The position numbers and the translations under genes were made by a program. Shown piece after piece: positions 34,182-49,015 of a DNA stretch of 64,000 nt; within the stretch, counting starts at the first letter, position 1; each line of letters opens with the position of its first letter. The notes below the pieces were generated by a model. That model worked only from the letters and a program-made list of their open reading frames with translations, did no database searches and was not told where the DNA came from. Source of the DNA: Phaeosaccion multiseriatum (taxonomy: Eukaryota; Protista; Ochrophyta, other classes); the NCBI GenBank assembly GCA_965112735.1, contig OZ218955.1, forward strand, positions 682,001 through 746,000. Reading direction: 5' to 3'.

Positions 34182-35534
34182 CTACGCCTGAAACTCTTCC
34201 GTGGGGAAGTCATCCTCCACCATATCCATGAGGCTTGGGTTGGTGGCCCCCATCTCCCGCATGATCCTCCTAAAGTCGTAGGGCCTGTCCTCCTCGTCAG
34301 GGTGCCGATTCCACATGCCCACCTCTAGCGAAAAGTACTGTGCCGCAAGCTCCCCCAAGTCAAGGTCGCTCCCGTGCTCCACCTCTTCATCGATTTCGCC
34401 AATCTCCCCCCCAGACTCGGAGCCCCAGTCGTCGTCATCATCGCCGTCTCCACCCATGATCCCACCCGAGAAGGCCTGGTTGAATAAGCCAAGCGAGGAG
34501 CTGTCCAGCCCGGGTGCAGCTGTGACCGAGACTGCTCCGGCGATCATACCTCCTACACCGTCCTCGTCGTCATCGTCCTGCTCCGCACGCTCCCGAATCT
34601 TGGTCGTAAACACGCCCTTCACGACCTTGGTGAAGGGTCGCGTGGTTCTGGCGCATTCGAGGTCCACCTCCCCTTCTAAGGAGCCCTCCACGACAATGAT
34701 ATCGGACGCACCTTCTTCCCGCGAAACGGTCATGGACGCCTCGAGCTTGCCAATGCCCAGATACAGGAAGCGCTTGGCCAAGGCTTGGCGCTCCTCCTCC
34801 GTGCTGATCACCTTAAAGCTCCTCGACCTCCGCTTCGTGAGCTTGGTCAGCGAAAAGGGGCGAGAAAAGGCCACGGGGTCGGGCTCCACGGGCCTATTCT
34901 TGTCCAACTTTCTTTGCTTCCTCTCAATTTTCTGCTGCTTCTTCTTCTTGATCCTCTCTTCCCTCTTTACGTCTCGTTCCTCCTTGCGCAGCTGCTGCAG
35001 CTTCTGCAGTGCGATTCGTTCTTCTTCCTTCGCAGCCCGCGTCTCCTCCGTCTCGTCCTCATCCTCCTCCGCCTCAAGGTTCATCCAATCGGGCCACTCT
35101 TTTGCCATTTCCCCGGCAGTCGGCGCCGCCGCCGCAGCTGCTAGTGCTGACAAAGCTGTCGCATTTTCCTCGGTCCCTTCCACTTCTCCATCGCCCTTCT
35201 GCTGCGCCCCCACCCCGTCCGCGTCTCTTGCCTCCTCATTCTCATTCGCGGCCCCTGCTCCAAGTCTCGACGAGCTTCTCCTCCCCTGAAGAGCACAAAC
35301 ACCACTACCCCAACCCCGACCCGCAGCAAGAACGAGAGGAGCTGGTGAAAGTGTCGTCAACCTGTCACACCTCCTCCCTCGCTCTTCTGCTCCACTCGCT
35401 GCTGAAGGACGGTGCGGGGCACTACGGGAAGACACAGGCAAGGTCGGACTGATGAAGGCGGATCCACCACCGCCCCCGCCTATGAGGGCCGCAGCAATCG
35501 ACAAAGCCAAGCACTTGGGGCAGCTGGAGAGCAT
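34182..35534 (-). CDS. YceD/DUF177-family protein, probably plastid-targeted
   Basis: Single exon. Signal peptide ending GSA|FISP; FSRPF, EERQALAKRF, VEGSLEGEVDLECARTTRPF, DLDLGELAAQYFSLE..RHP. Confidence 0.72.
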   Translation of the reverse strand: MLSSCPKCLALSIAAALIGGGGGGSAFISPTLPVSSRSAPHRPSAASGAEERGRRCDRLTTLSPAPLVLAAGRGWGSGVCALQGRRSSSRLGAGAANENEEARDADGVGAQQKGDGEVEGTEENATALSALAAAAAAPTAGEMAKEWPDWMNLEAEEDEDETEETRAAKEEERIALQKLQQLRKEERDVKREERIKKKKQQKIERKQRKLDKNRPVEPDPVAFSRPFSLTKLTKRRSRSFKVISTEEERQALAKRFLYLGIGKLEASMTVSREEGASDIIVVEGSLEGEVDLECARTTRPFTKVVKGVFTTKIRERAEQDDDDEDGVGGMIAGAVSVTAAPGLDSSSLGLFNQAFSGGIMGGDGDDDDDWGSESGGEIGEIDEEVEHGSDLDLGELAAQYFSLEVGMWNRHPDEEDRPYDFRRIMREMGATNPSLMDMVEDDFPTEEFQA

Positions 35535-35861
35535 CTTTGCCTGTTGGGGGCCATGAGAAGCGGAGCGCAGCTTCGCGCCCTGTGAATTCGCGACGTCGTG
35601 AATGTGCAACCTTCTTATGTCCCCCCCTCCGGTTTTTATTTTCTTATTTTTTTTGTTCCAGAGCAGAGAACTGCTTCTCGCGTTTATATCCCCAAAGCCT
35701 CTCTTTAAAGCCCCTCAAGCTGCTTGGCCCACCTCTTCGAACATCACTTCTTACGAGCGTTGGTCTTGATCGAGGTGTGATTTGTCTACATTGTAATCAT
35801 ATCTCTCTCTCAAACCCTTGTCTAACGCTATTATCCACAGCTCACTACGTTCGACCCCTGA

Positions 35862-35910
35862 CGCACTATCCGCTATCCGCTATCGGCCGGCGGCCGATAG
35901 CGCGCTATCG
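35862..35910. other. GCTATC/GATAGC palindrome cluster (perfect 12-bp-arm inverted repeat at 35878-35902)
   Basis: CGCTATCGGCCG-G-CGGCCGATAGCG plus flanking CTATC copies. Confidence 0.7.
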
Positions 35911-36282
35911 AGAAATGTGGGCGTTAGTGCGTCAGGGTGGTGAAAAAACCTGACGGGCAGATGCCAAGCTCATCCTGGATGGAGGCACATGGAAAAAATA
36001 CCTTGTGCCATCACAGCTTGGAGCCAGGCACGGGGGTGCAATGGGAGGGGCGCTAGTCGCCACTAACACACACACCCACGCACACACACACACACACACA
36101 CACACGCAATACCCACGCATACATACACACATAATGCACACTGTCTGTAGCACTTCAGTGAGTTGATGGCCCGTACATGCATACATGCGGCACAAATGCC
36201 ATTGTTGCTGGGCTGTTTCACTGTTTCACTCACTGTTTTACTCCGCCTTGCTAGGTGCCGAGCTTTGCTTTCGTGCGTTCTT

Positions 36283-39200
36283 TTAGGTGGGACATGTCGC
36301 AAAGCCCTCTCTGTTCTCATCTCCAGCCGGGCAAGGCAGACATTCCACATCGATGGCATGTCCCCATTCGCACTCCCTGCAGGTTGGGATACCCATGGCG
36401 TTACATCCCACACCTGCTCATCAGATGGGAAATAGAGCGGCAGACGGAAGGGAGAGGGGAAGGAGTGGTGAGGGCGAGAAGGAGAAGGTTTATGTCAATA
36501 GCATGCTTGGTAGGTGTGTTGGTGCGCTCGGGCATGATCACAGCTGAGGGTCAGAGGGTGGGGTCAATGTCTTCTTCGGGATACACACACAAGCACACGC
36601 ACACAAACACACACACGCACACACACGCACACACATCGTACCTCCGTTGGTGGGACAGGTAAGGTCCGTGAAGCACGTGTGCTTTTGCACTGCACATGCG
36701 TCGGTACAGCGCTTGCAGGCTTCGCAATCCTCGGCCGCAGTATCAGCGCTTGGATCGGCGCTTGCAGAGCTCGCACCCTCAACCTGGGCATTCGTCACCT
36801 CTTCTGCCGGCGCTTTTGTCTCCACAGATACAGGTGCTGCCGTATCCTCACGTACCGGTGCTTCCGTCTCCACAGCTACCGGTGCTTCCGTTTCCACAGC
36901 TACAGGTGCTTCCGTCTCCACAGCTGACGGCGCTTCCGTCTCCACAGCTACCGGCGCTTCCGTCTGCAGAGCTACCGGTGCTTCCGTCTCCGCAGCTACA
37001 GGCGCTTCCGTCTCCACAGCCACAGGTGCTTCCGTCTCCACAGGTACCGGTGCTTCCGTCTCTAGAGCTACTGGCGCTTCCGTCTCCAGAGCAACAGGCG
37101 CTTCCGTCTCCAGAGCTACAGGCGCTTCCGTCTCCACAGCTGCCGGTGCTTCCGTCTCCACAGCTACAGGTGCTTCGGTCTCCACAGCTACAGGCGCTTC
37201 CGTCTCCAGAGCTACCGGTGATACCGTCTCCACAGCTACCGGTGCTTCCGTCTCCACAGCTGCCGGTGCTTCGGTCTCCACCGCTACAGGTGCTTCCGTC
37301 TCCACAGCTGACGGCGCCTCCGTCTCCGCAGCTACCGGCGCTTCCGTCTCCACAGCTGCCGGCGCTTCCGACTCCACAGCTATCGGTGCTTCAGTCTCCG
37401 CAGCTACGGGTGCTTCCGTCTCCACAGCTACCGGCGCTTCCGTCTCCACAGCTACCGGTGCTTCCGTCTCCACAGCTACAGGCGCTTCCGTCTCCACAGC
37501 CGTCGGCGCTTCCGTCTCCACAGCTACCGGTGCGTCGGTCTCCGCAGCTACGGGGGCTTCCGTCTCCACAGCTACCGGTGCTTCGGTCTCCACAGCTACA
37601 GGCGCTTCCGTCTCCACAGCTACAGGTGCTTCCGTCTCCACAGGTACCGGTGCTTCCGTCTCCAGAGCAACAGGCGCTTCCGTCTCCAGAGCTACAGGCG
37701 CTTCCGTCTCCACAGCTGCCGGCGCTTCCGTCTCCACAGCTACAGGCGCTTCCGTCTCCAGAGCTACCGGCGCTTCCGTCTCCAGAGCAACCGGTGATAC
37801 CGTCTCCACAGCTACCGGTGCTTCCGTCTCCACAGCTGCCGGTGCTTCGGTCTCCACCGCTACAGGTGCTTCCGTCTCCACAGCTGACGGCGCCTCCGTC
37901 TCCGCAGCTACCGGCGCTTCCGTCTCCACAGCTGCCGGCGCTTCCGACTCCACAGCTATCGGTGCTTCAGTCTCCGCAGCTACGGGTGCTTCCGTCTCCA
38001 CAGCTACCGGCGCTTCCGTCTCCACAGCTACAGGTGCTTCCGTCTCCACAGCTACAGGCGCTTCCGTCTCCACAGCTACCGGTGCATCGGTCTCCGCAGC
38101 TACCGGTGCGTCGGTCTCCGCAGCTACGGGCGCTTCCGTCTCCAGAGCTACCGGTGCTTCCGTCTCCACAGCTGCCGGTGCTTCCGTCTCCACGGCTACC
38201 GGTGCTTCGGTCTCCACAGCTACCGGTGCTTCCGTCTCCACAGCTACAGGCGCTTCCGTCTCCACAGCTACCGGTGCATCGGTCTCCGCAGCTACCGGTG
38301 CGTCGGTCTCCGCAGCTACGGGCGCTTCCGTCTGCAGAGCTACCGGTGCTTCCGTCTCCACAGCTGCCGGTGCTTCCGTCTCCACGGCTACCGGTGCTTC
38401 CGTCTCCACAGCTGCTGGTGCTGCGGTCTCCACCGCTACAGGCGCTTCCGTCTCCACAGCTGGCGGCGCCTCCGTCTCCGCAGCTACCGGCGCTTCCGTC
38501 TCCACAGCTGCCGGCGCTTCCGTCTCCACAGCTATCGGTGCTTCCGTCTCCGTAGCTACAGGCGCTTCCGTCTCCAGAGCTATCGGCGCTTCCGTCTCCA
38601 CAGCTACCGGTGCTTCCGTCTCCACAGCTACGGGCGCTTCCGTCTCCAGAGCTACCGGCGCTTCCGTCTCCGCAGCTACAGGCGCTTCCGTCTCCACAGC
38701 TACAGGCGCTTCCGTCTCCACATCTGCAGGTGCTTCCGTCTCTAGAGAAACCGGCGCTTCCGTCTCCACAGCTACAGGCGCTTCAGTCTCCACAGCTACC
38801 GGTGCTTCCGTCTCCACAGCTACAGGCGCTTCCGTCTCCACAGCTACCGGTGAATCGGTCTCCGCAGCTACCGGTGCGTCGGTCTCCGCAGCTACGGGCG
38901 CTTCCGTCTGCAGAGCTACCGGTGCTTCCGTCTCCACAGCTGCCGGTGCTTCCGTCTCCACGGCTACCGGTGCTTCCGTCTCCACAGCTGCTGGTGCTTC
39001 GGTCTCCACCGCTACAGGCGCTTCCGTCTCCACAGCTGACGGCGCCTCCGTCTCCGCAGCTATCGGCGCTTCCGTCTCCACAGCTACAGGCGCTTGCGTC
39101 TCCACAGCTGCTGGTGCTTCCGTCTCCACAGCTGCCGGTGCTTCCGTCTCCACAGCTACAGGCGCTTCCGTCTCCACAGCTACCGGCGCTTCCGTCTCCA

Positions 39201-40902
39201 CAGCTGCCGGTGCTTCCGTCTCCACGGCTACCGGCGCTTCCGTCTCCACAGCTACAGGTGCTTCCGTCTCCACAGCTACCGGTGAATCAGTCTCCACAGC
39301 TACAGGCGCTTCCGTCTCCACAGTTACCGGCGCTTCCGTCCCCACAGCTACCGGCGCCTCCGTCTCCAGAGCTACAGGCGCTTCCGTCTCCACAGCTACA
39401 GGTGCATCCGTCTGCTCCGGGGCAGGTGTCACCTCAGTAGGCGCGGCAGGGGCCATCGAGGGGGCAGGCGTCGGCTGTGGAAAGGGATAAGGAGGGGAGA
39501 GGAGGAGTGAGCCACTGAATAGAATGTTTCTTTTAACCATGCGAAATGCTCTTAAAGTTCAATCCTCTCGAGGGGCCAGTCAGTCAGCCGCGCCCCACTT
39601 TAGGGAGGGAAGGAGGGAGGGAGGCAGGGAGGGAGGCAGGGAGCGAGGGAGGGGAGGGAAGGAGGGAAGCCAACCCACAAGATTCCCGGGGGGCGTCTCT
39701 CAACGTCGAAAAGGGGCTGCCTTCCGTGGCCTCCGCCCTCTCACCTGGACAGTACCAGCAGCGATGCACGAGATGTGTATCGAGAGGTCCTTTGGACTGA
39801 TTAAACCGTCGTCCCCAAACCCCGTATCCCTGACAGTGAGTGTCCAACTCCCGAACTCCCCACCGTCACCATCGCCTCCGGAGAGCCCGTTGAAGGCCGC
39901 CAAGGGCTCATGGGGGCGGTAACTGCTCGTAAAGGGAGAGCTACCCTCCGCGATGGGGAATTCCGCATCGTCGTCAAACACCACTTGGTCCACGTTCACC
40001 CCCTTCGCCCCTGCTCTGTTGAAGAGGCGTACCGTTACCGGACCGGTCGGTGATGCCCCGGGGGGGCTGGTCAGGTCCATGATCAAGTCCCCCACAAAGT
40101 CGTGCTGGATGGAAAATTTCACCACCACTTTGTCAATCCTCTCCCCAGTAGGACAGGCCGCTACCGTGTTGGTTATCTCCACAACGGGCATGCTGTCGCC
40201 AATGAAGCGCAAGTCCCTCGGCCAGAACGACGGACCCACCGGCTGGTATTTTCATTCACCAGGACGAGAGATGCGGTACGTGGCAATACGCGCCGTGAGC
40301 ATGTATGGCAGCAGATGTGTGTAGAAGGTAGCAGATGGATGGAGACCTGTGCGCGGTCAGGGACCCCCTGGTCGACCGCAACCACAACCAACCGATCAAT
40401 CAACTTACAAGAATGTACCACACACACGCTAACGCACGAACACAATAAAATGAAAAATGGAAGTGGTGCGAGGGCTGCTCACTCACTCACTCACTCACTC
40501 ACTCACTCACTCACTCACTCACTCACTCACTCGCCCACTCACTCACTCACCCACCCACCCACTCATTCACTCACTCACTCACTCACTCCACTACTCCCTC
40601 ACTCATTCACTCGTTCGGTCACTCGCTCACTCACTGACTCACTCTCAGTCACTCAATCACTCACTCCATCACTCACTCATGACTTACACACGTACCGGTC
40701 TCGGTCCCTCCGGCGCCGGTGAGCACCCTTCAGTGATCGGCTCCTCCGTCTCCCCCGTGACGAGGTTGGCACACGTGCTTCTACAGTCTGTCGACGCCAC
40801 GAATCCCAACCTCTCTAACGTCCGCATGGTGAGGGCTCCGAAGCAGCGTATGACCTCGGCCGGCTGTACATAAGGCGTCATGAGGCTGTTGAAATCACCT
40901 GT

Positions 40903-40976
<74 letters not shown>

Positions 40977-43254
40977 TCAGAGAGAGGGGGGGGAGGAAGA
41001 AAGGAAGAGAGACAGAGGCTTTCAGACAAACAAAGTGCTCTCTCCAGACTTGAAAGAGGTGAAACTGTTGTCGGCAGGCGCGGGTACTTGCGTGTCTTTC
41101 CCACACGGTAGGCCTACGGAAGCCTACAGAGGCGTACAGAGGCGTACAGATTGTAGTACAAACCTGCGGGGAAGTACGGCTCGCTCCAATGGTACACTGA
41201 GCTGCCTGGCTCGTACAGGGAAGGGACGTGAAGAGGCACACACGTCCAGGCTGGAGGAGACGGAGGGAGGGACGAAGGGAGGGAGGGATGGAGGGAGGAG
41301 GTGGTAAGCACAGGCTCTGCGCAAATGGAGCAGCACTGCAGCGCCAATCAATGGACAGGCGAATCCGCAGAGCACCGACGAGCGACAGCGACCCCCCCTC
41401 CTTTGGACACAACAGCAGCACTTGCGAAGGAAGTGAGTCACTCACAGAGATACCTTCCTTGTTGGGGCAGGGAGGGGGGGACCGCGGTGCAACTTTGTGC
41501 AGACCACTCACGGCCTCACTCACTCACTCACTCACTCACTCCCTCACTCTCTCGCTCACTCCCTCACTCACTCACTCTCTCACTCTCTGACTCACTCTCT
41601 CACTCCCTCCCTCACTCACTCCCTCCCTCACTCCCTCACTCCCTCACTCCATCACTCACTCACTCACTCACTCACTCTCACTCCCTCCCTCCCACCCTCC
41701 CTCACCCACTCACTCACTTGGTTGGTCCTGTATGCAGAGATTATTTCCAGTGAAGACGGGATTTGAGGTACCCTCAAAGCTTGATGTGGGGAAGTTGTCG
41801 GGAGTGAGGGGGAGTCCTCCCTCGCCCTCGGTCATTAGCGCGGTAAAGAGCGATCCGTAGTAAGTCTACCGATTGGGAAAGAAGCAGGGGGGGGTGGGCG
41901 TAAGTACCCTCCCTCTTCCTTCTCTCAGAGATGAAAGAGGGGAAGAGAAGGGGGGAGGGAGGGGGGGGAAGGAAGAGAACGAAAGAGAGAGGGGGATAGA
42001 GAGGGATGGAGAGAGAGATTTACCTGCTCTCCCACGTAATCGCTCCACACCGGGCCGTTGGTCGCACTTCCCTCTGCCGCCAGTTCATCTGAGGCAAAGG
42101 TGGTGGTGAATCCGAGCGTGTGACCAAGCTCATGCGCCATGACAGTTACAAAGTCCCACTGTGGCATGGCAGTTACAAAGTGGGGGAGCAAGGCAAGAGG
42201 AGAGGTAAGAAGGATGGGAGCGTGGGTGAAGGGGTGTGAGGAGGCGAGGGGGTTGGGGGGATTTAGTTCGACGGGCGCAACGGGGGACACGTGGGGACTG
42301 CAGGCAGTACTTGCCTACCAATGCCTGCTTACTTGCGTATCAACATCAAGTCTACTCACTTGCCTACCATGGCCTGCTTACCTCAGTGTCGTTGAGGTCT
42401 GTGCCTTCGCCGTAGTGCCACGGGACAGCAGCACTGAGCGCAACCTCAGCGTCAGTCTCGATCTGAAGAGAGCTCAAATAGGAGTCGTAACCCCGATATC
42501 TGTGGGGGAGTTTGCAGCCGAGATTAGCACGAGATTAACTGTCGTGCAACTCGTGTAGAGGAGGAGAAAATCGTGAGTGCCTATATACTAAATACACACA
42601 CACACGTACACACAAACACACTCACTTCACCCTGAGGGAGGGAGGGAGCATGACTAGGGATAAGAGAAAGTGTGGCGCATACCTTATTTGGGCAGCAGTG
42701 GCATCCATAATCACCACCTCACCAGAGGGAAGCTCGGAATCCACGGGAGCAAACTCCACGAGGGCATATCCCAGCAGATCCTCTGCCATCGGTCGCAGCA
42801 CATCGATGACCAGACGGATAGGCCCTCCCACTCCGGGTTCAATTCGGTCAGCCCAGACGCAGAGAGCTTCATCCGTCGCTGCCACCGCCAGTAGGTAGTC
42901 GGGGTCGTCTCTGTGAGTAAAGGATACGTCAAACAACGCACTGTAATCACAATCCTTTGCCAAGCGCCTACCGCGGAGACTGTAACCGTTGACATCTTCC
43001 CCAACTGAAGTGTGAGCCGGTCCAGGGCTGGAGGGATCGTAGCGCAGCGGCGTGTATACCGTCCACCACTCTTCTCTCCTTCCTTTCTTACTTGCTCTTG
43101 CTGTGTTTTTCGCCGGGGGTGCCGTGGATGGAAATACTGTAAATTCTCCCTTCCCATCGTGTGCATAGTCCATCGCCGCCGTGTCTTTTGCATTTGCTGT
43201 ATTCTTTGATAAGAACAGGAGCGGTAGTAGGCAGAGTCCCGCCATAGGAATCAT
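36283..43254 (-). CDS. Secreted zinc metalloprotease + proprotein-convertase P domain + mucin-like stalk + Cys-rich C-terminal module
   Basis: Phase-consistent exons: 43254-42683, 42499-42382, 42158-42024, 41865-41718, 41250-41164, 40898-40696, 40242-39745, 39474-36642, 36413-36283. Signal peptide; RGRRL; WDFVTVMAHELGHTLGF; GSSVYHWSE; NSLMTP; P domain H.FVGDL..LTSP..FDDDA..PHEPLAAFNG..GSWTLTVRD. Confidence 0.85.
36856..39399 (-). repeat. Coding 24-bp minisatellite, 106 units encoding VAVETEAP, with a 576-bp higher-order period
   Basis: 2,544 nt = 106 x 24. Diagnostic variant units recur at 37307, 37883, 38459 and 39035. Confidence 0.95.
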
Positions 43255-43756
43255 TGTCTTCCGCCTTCTTTTGTTTTCACTCCCCTTCTTGTGGGAGCAA
43301 GACTGAGCTTCAAAAAATTAAAAACCCTCCATAACGATTCCTCCAGGTGCACTTGCCATCCTGCCCCTCCCATACACTCCGCTGCTATGTGCTCTGCTGA
43401 GCTGTCGGATGGGCATTGATCCTGGCGAAGTGAGAGTGAGAGCGGAATTCGAGGGCCAGATAGATGGGGAGTAGAGGGAAAAGAGATCATGTCATGCACG
43501 AATACAAGCTGGGATGTCTATGTGCAGCCTAAGGGGAGCTTTCTCCACACGTACCTCCTGTACTGCTTCAAAGACACAACCTCCTGTAGCACCTAAAGGC
43601 CGAACGGAACGGCCCGAGTGTGCAATTCGCCAAAAAAAATGGGAACGGCGGCGGACAAAAATAAGAGTATTTTACCGTCATTGACTTATTTTTGTTCCTT
43701 TCGTCTGTCCCTCATCCCTCTTCATTCTTTTATTTCTCCAACCCAGCCCAATCAGA

Positions 43757-47835
<4,079 letters not shown>

Positions 47836-48049
47836 GCTTCTCATTCCTCTGCTTCGACCCACACACGAATGCTCAACTTGCTCGCGCCCAGCCCCCAAAG
47901 ATCCCCAAAGGGCCGAGGAGCTGAAACTGGAACCGTTGGTTCTCCGTCCTTTCACTGTTCGCTAGGGTTGTCCCACGCACTCTCTAATGATGAAACAAGC
48001 TACAAGAAGAAGCTCCTTGTCTCAACTTTTGGTCTTGAGTTAGGGGAAC

Positions 48050-48975
48050 ATGGTGGACGAGCAGATGAGGGACTCCAAGCCGGAGCTGGGGGCGGGGGGG
48101 AGAGGAACCCAGCACGATGCCCGCCAAGGTCACGGAGTCAAGGAATCAAAGCGGCGAGGGGAGGAGACACAAGTGCCAGCAGTGCTTCTCGCTTTCCCTA
48201 TACCTTGTGACGCAGGGGAAAATGCCAAGGTGAGAGCAATGGCTACTTTACCGCGTCCGGGGTGTTTCAGCTATGTGTTGATTTCGCCCGTGACCTCCTC
48301 ATGTGTGCATCAAGACCTTCTGGGACAAGTCCAACTTCACCTTTCTCTCTCGTCGGGGTGACGACTTCTTCCTCCTGCACCTTCGGCAGCCGCCACCGTC
48401 CTTCCTCCCCCAACCCGAGGAGCATCGTCTCAGTGGCAGTGGTGCTGGGGCTGACCCGAAATCAGCCACCCCATCGCCTCGCTCTGAGCCACAGCACGCC
48501 CTGTTCCAATACAATGAGGCAGCGCCGGTCCTGCTTGCTCGAATAAGGTGCAACTCTCCACCCCTTTTTTATTGATTCATTGTTGTGTTTTACCATGAAG
48601 CCGACTTCACTTCCTTCTTACGTACTTTCCCCTTTATATGTACATATCCTCCGTCTGCTATCGATGTTGGCCCTCAAGCTGAATCTCTTTCCTCTCTTTC
48701 CTCCGTGTTTGTGTCGTGCTCTGTACTGCATACAGCCTCAATCTGTCGGTGGTGGCGCTCCAACTGAGTCTCACGCAGGTACACGTGTTGGAAATACGGC
48801 CTCATGTGCAGCAAACTCTCGCTGCTCAGGTCTCTCACTCACACGCCCGAGTCCGAGCCAGAGACACATCGAGGGCAGCAGCAGCAGCAGCAGCAGCAGC
48901 AGTTGGTGATACATCAACACCTTGTCAAGGAGCGAAGGGTGTTGACGGCCGTCTGTTCGACGAGGGAGAGGAGCA

Positions 48976-49015
<40 letters not shown>

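Noticed and set aside
36856-39399. CRISPR array or multicore RiPP precursor
   Set aside because: Contiguous units with no spacers and no cas genes. No dibasic or other processing sites occur between units, and the composition fits a mucin-like stalk.
36647-39490. 947-aa TGASVSTA and LPSPQ plus-strand ORFs
   Set aside because: Antisense readings of the 24-bp repeat. Only the minus frame splices in phase to flanking exons.
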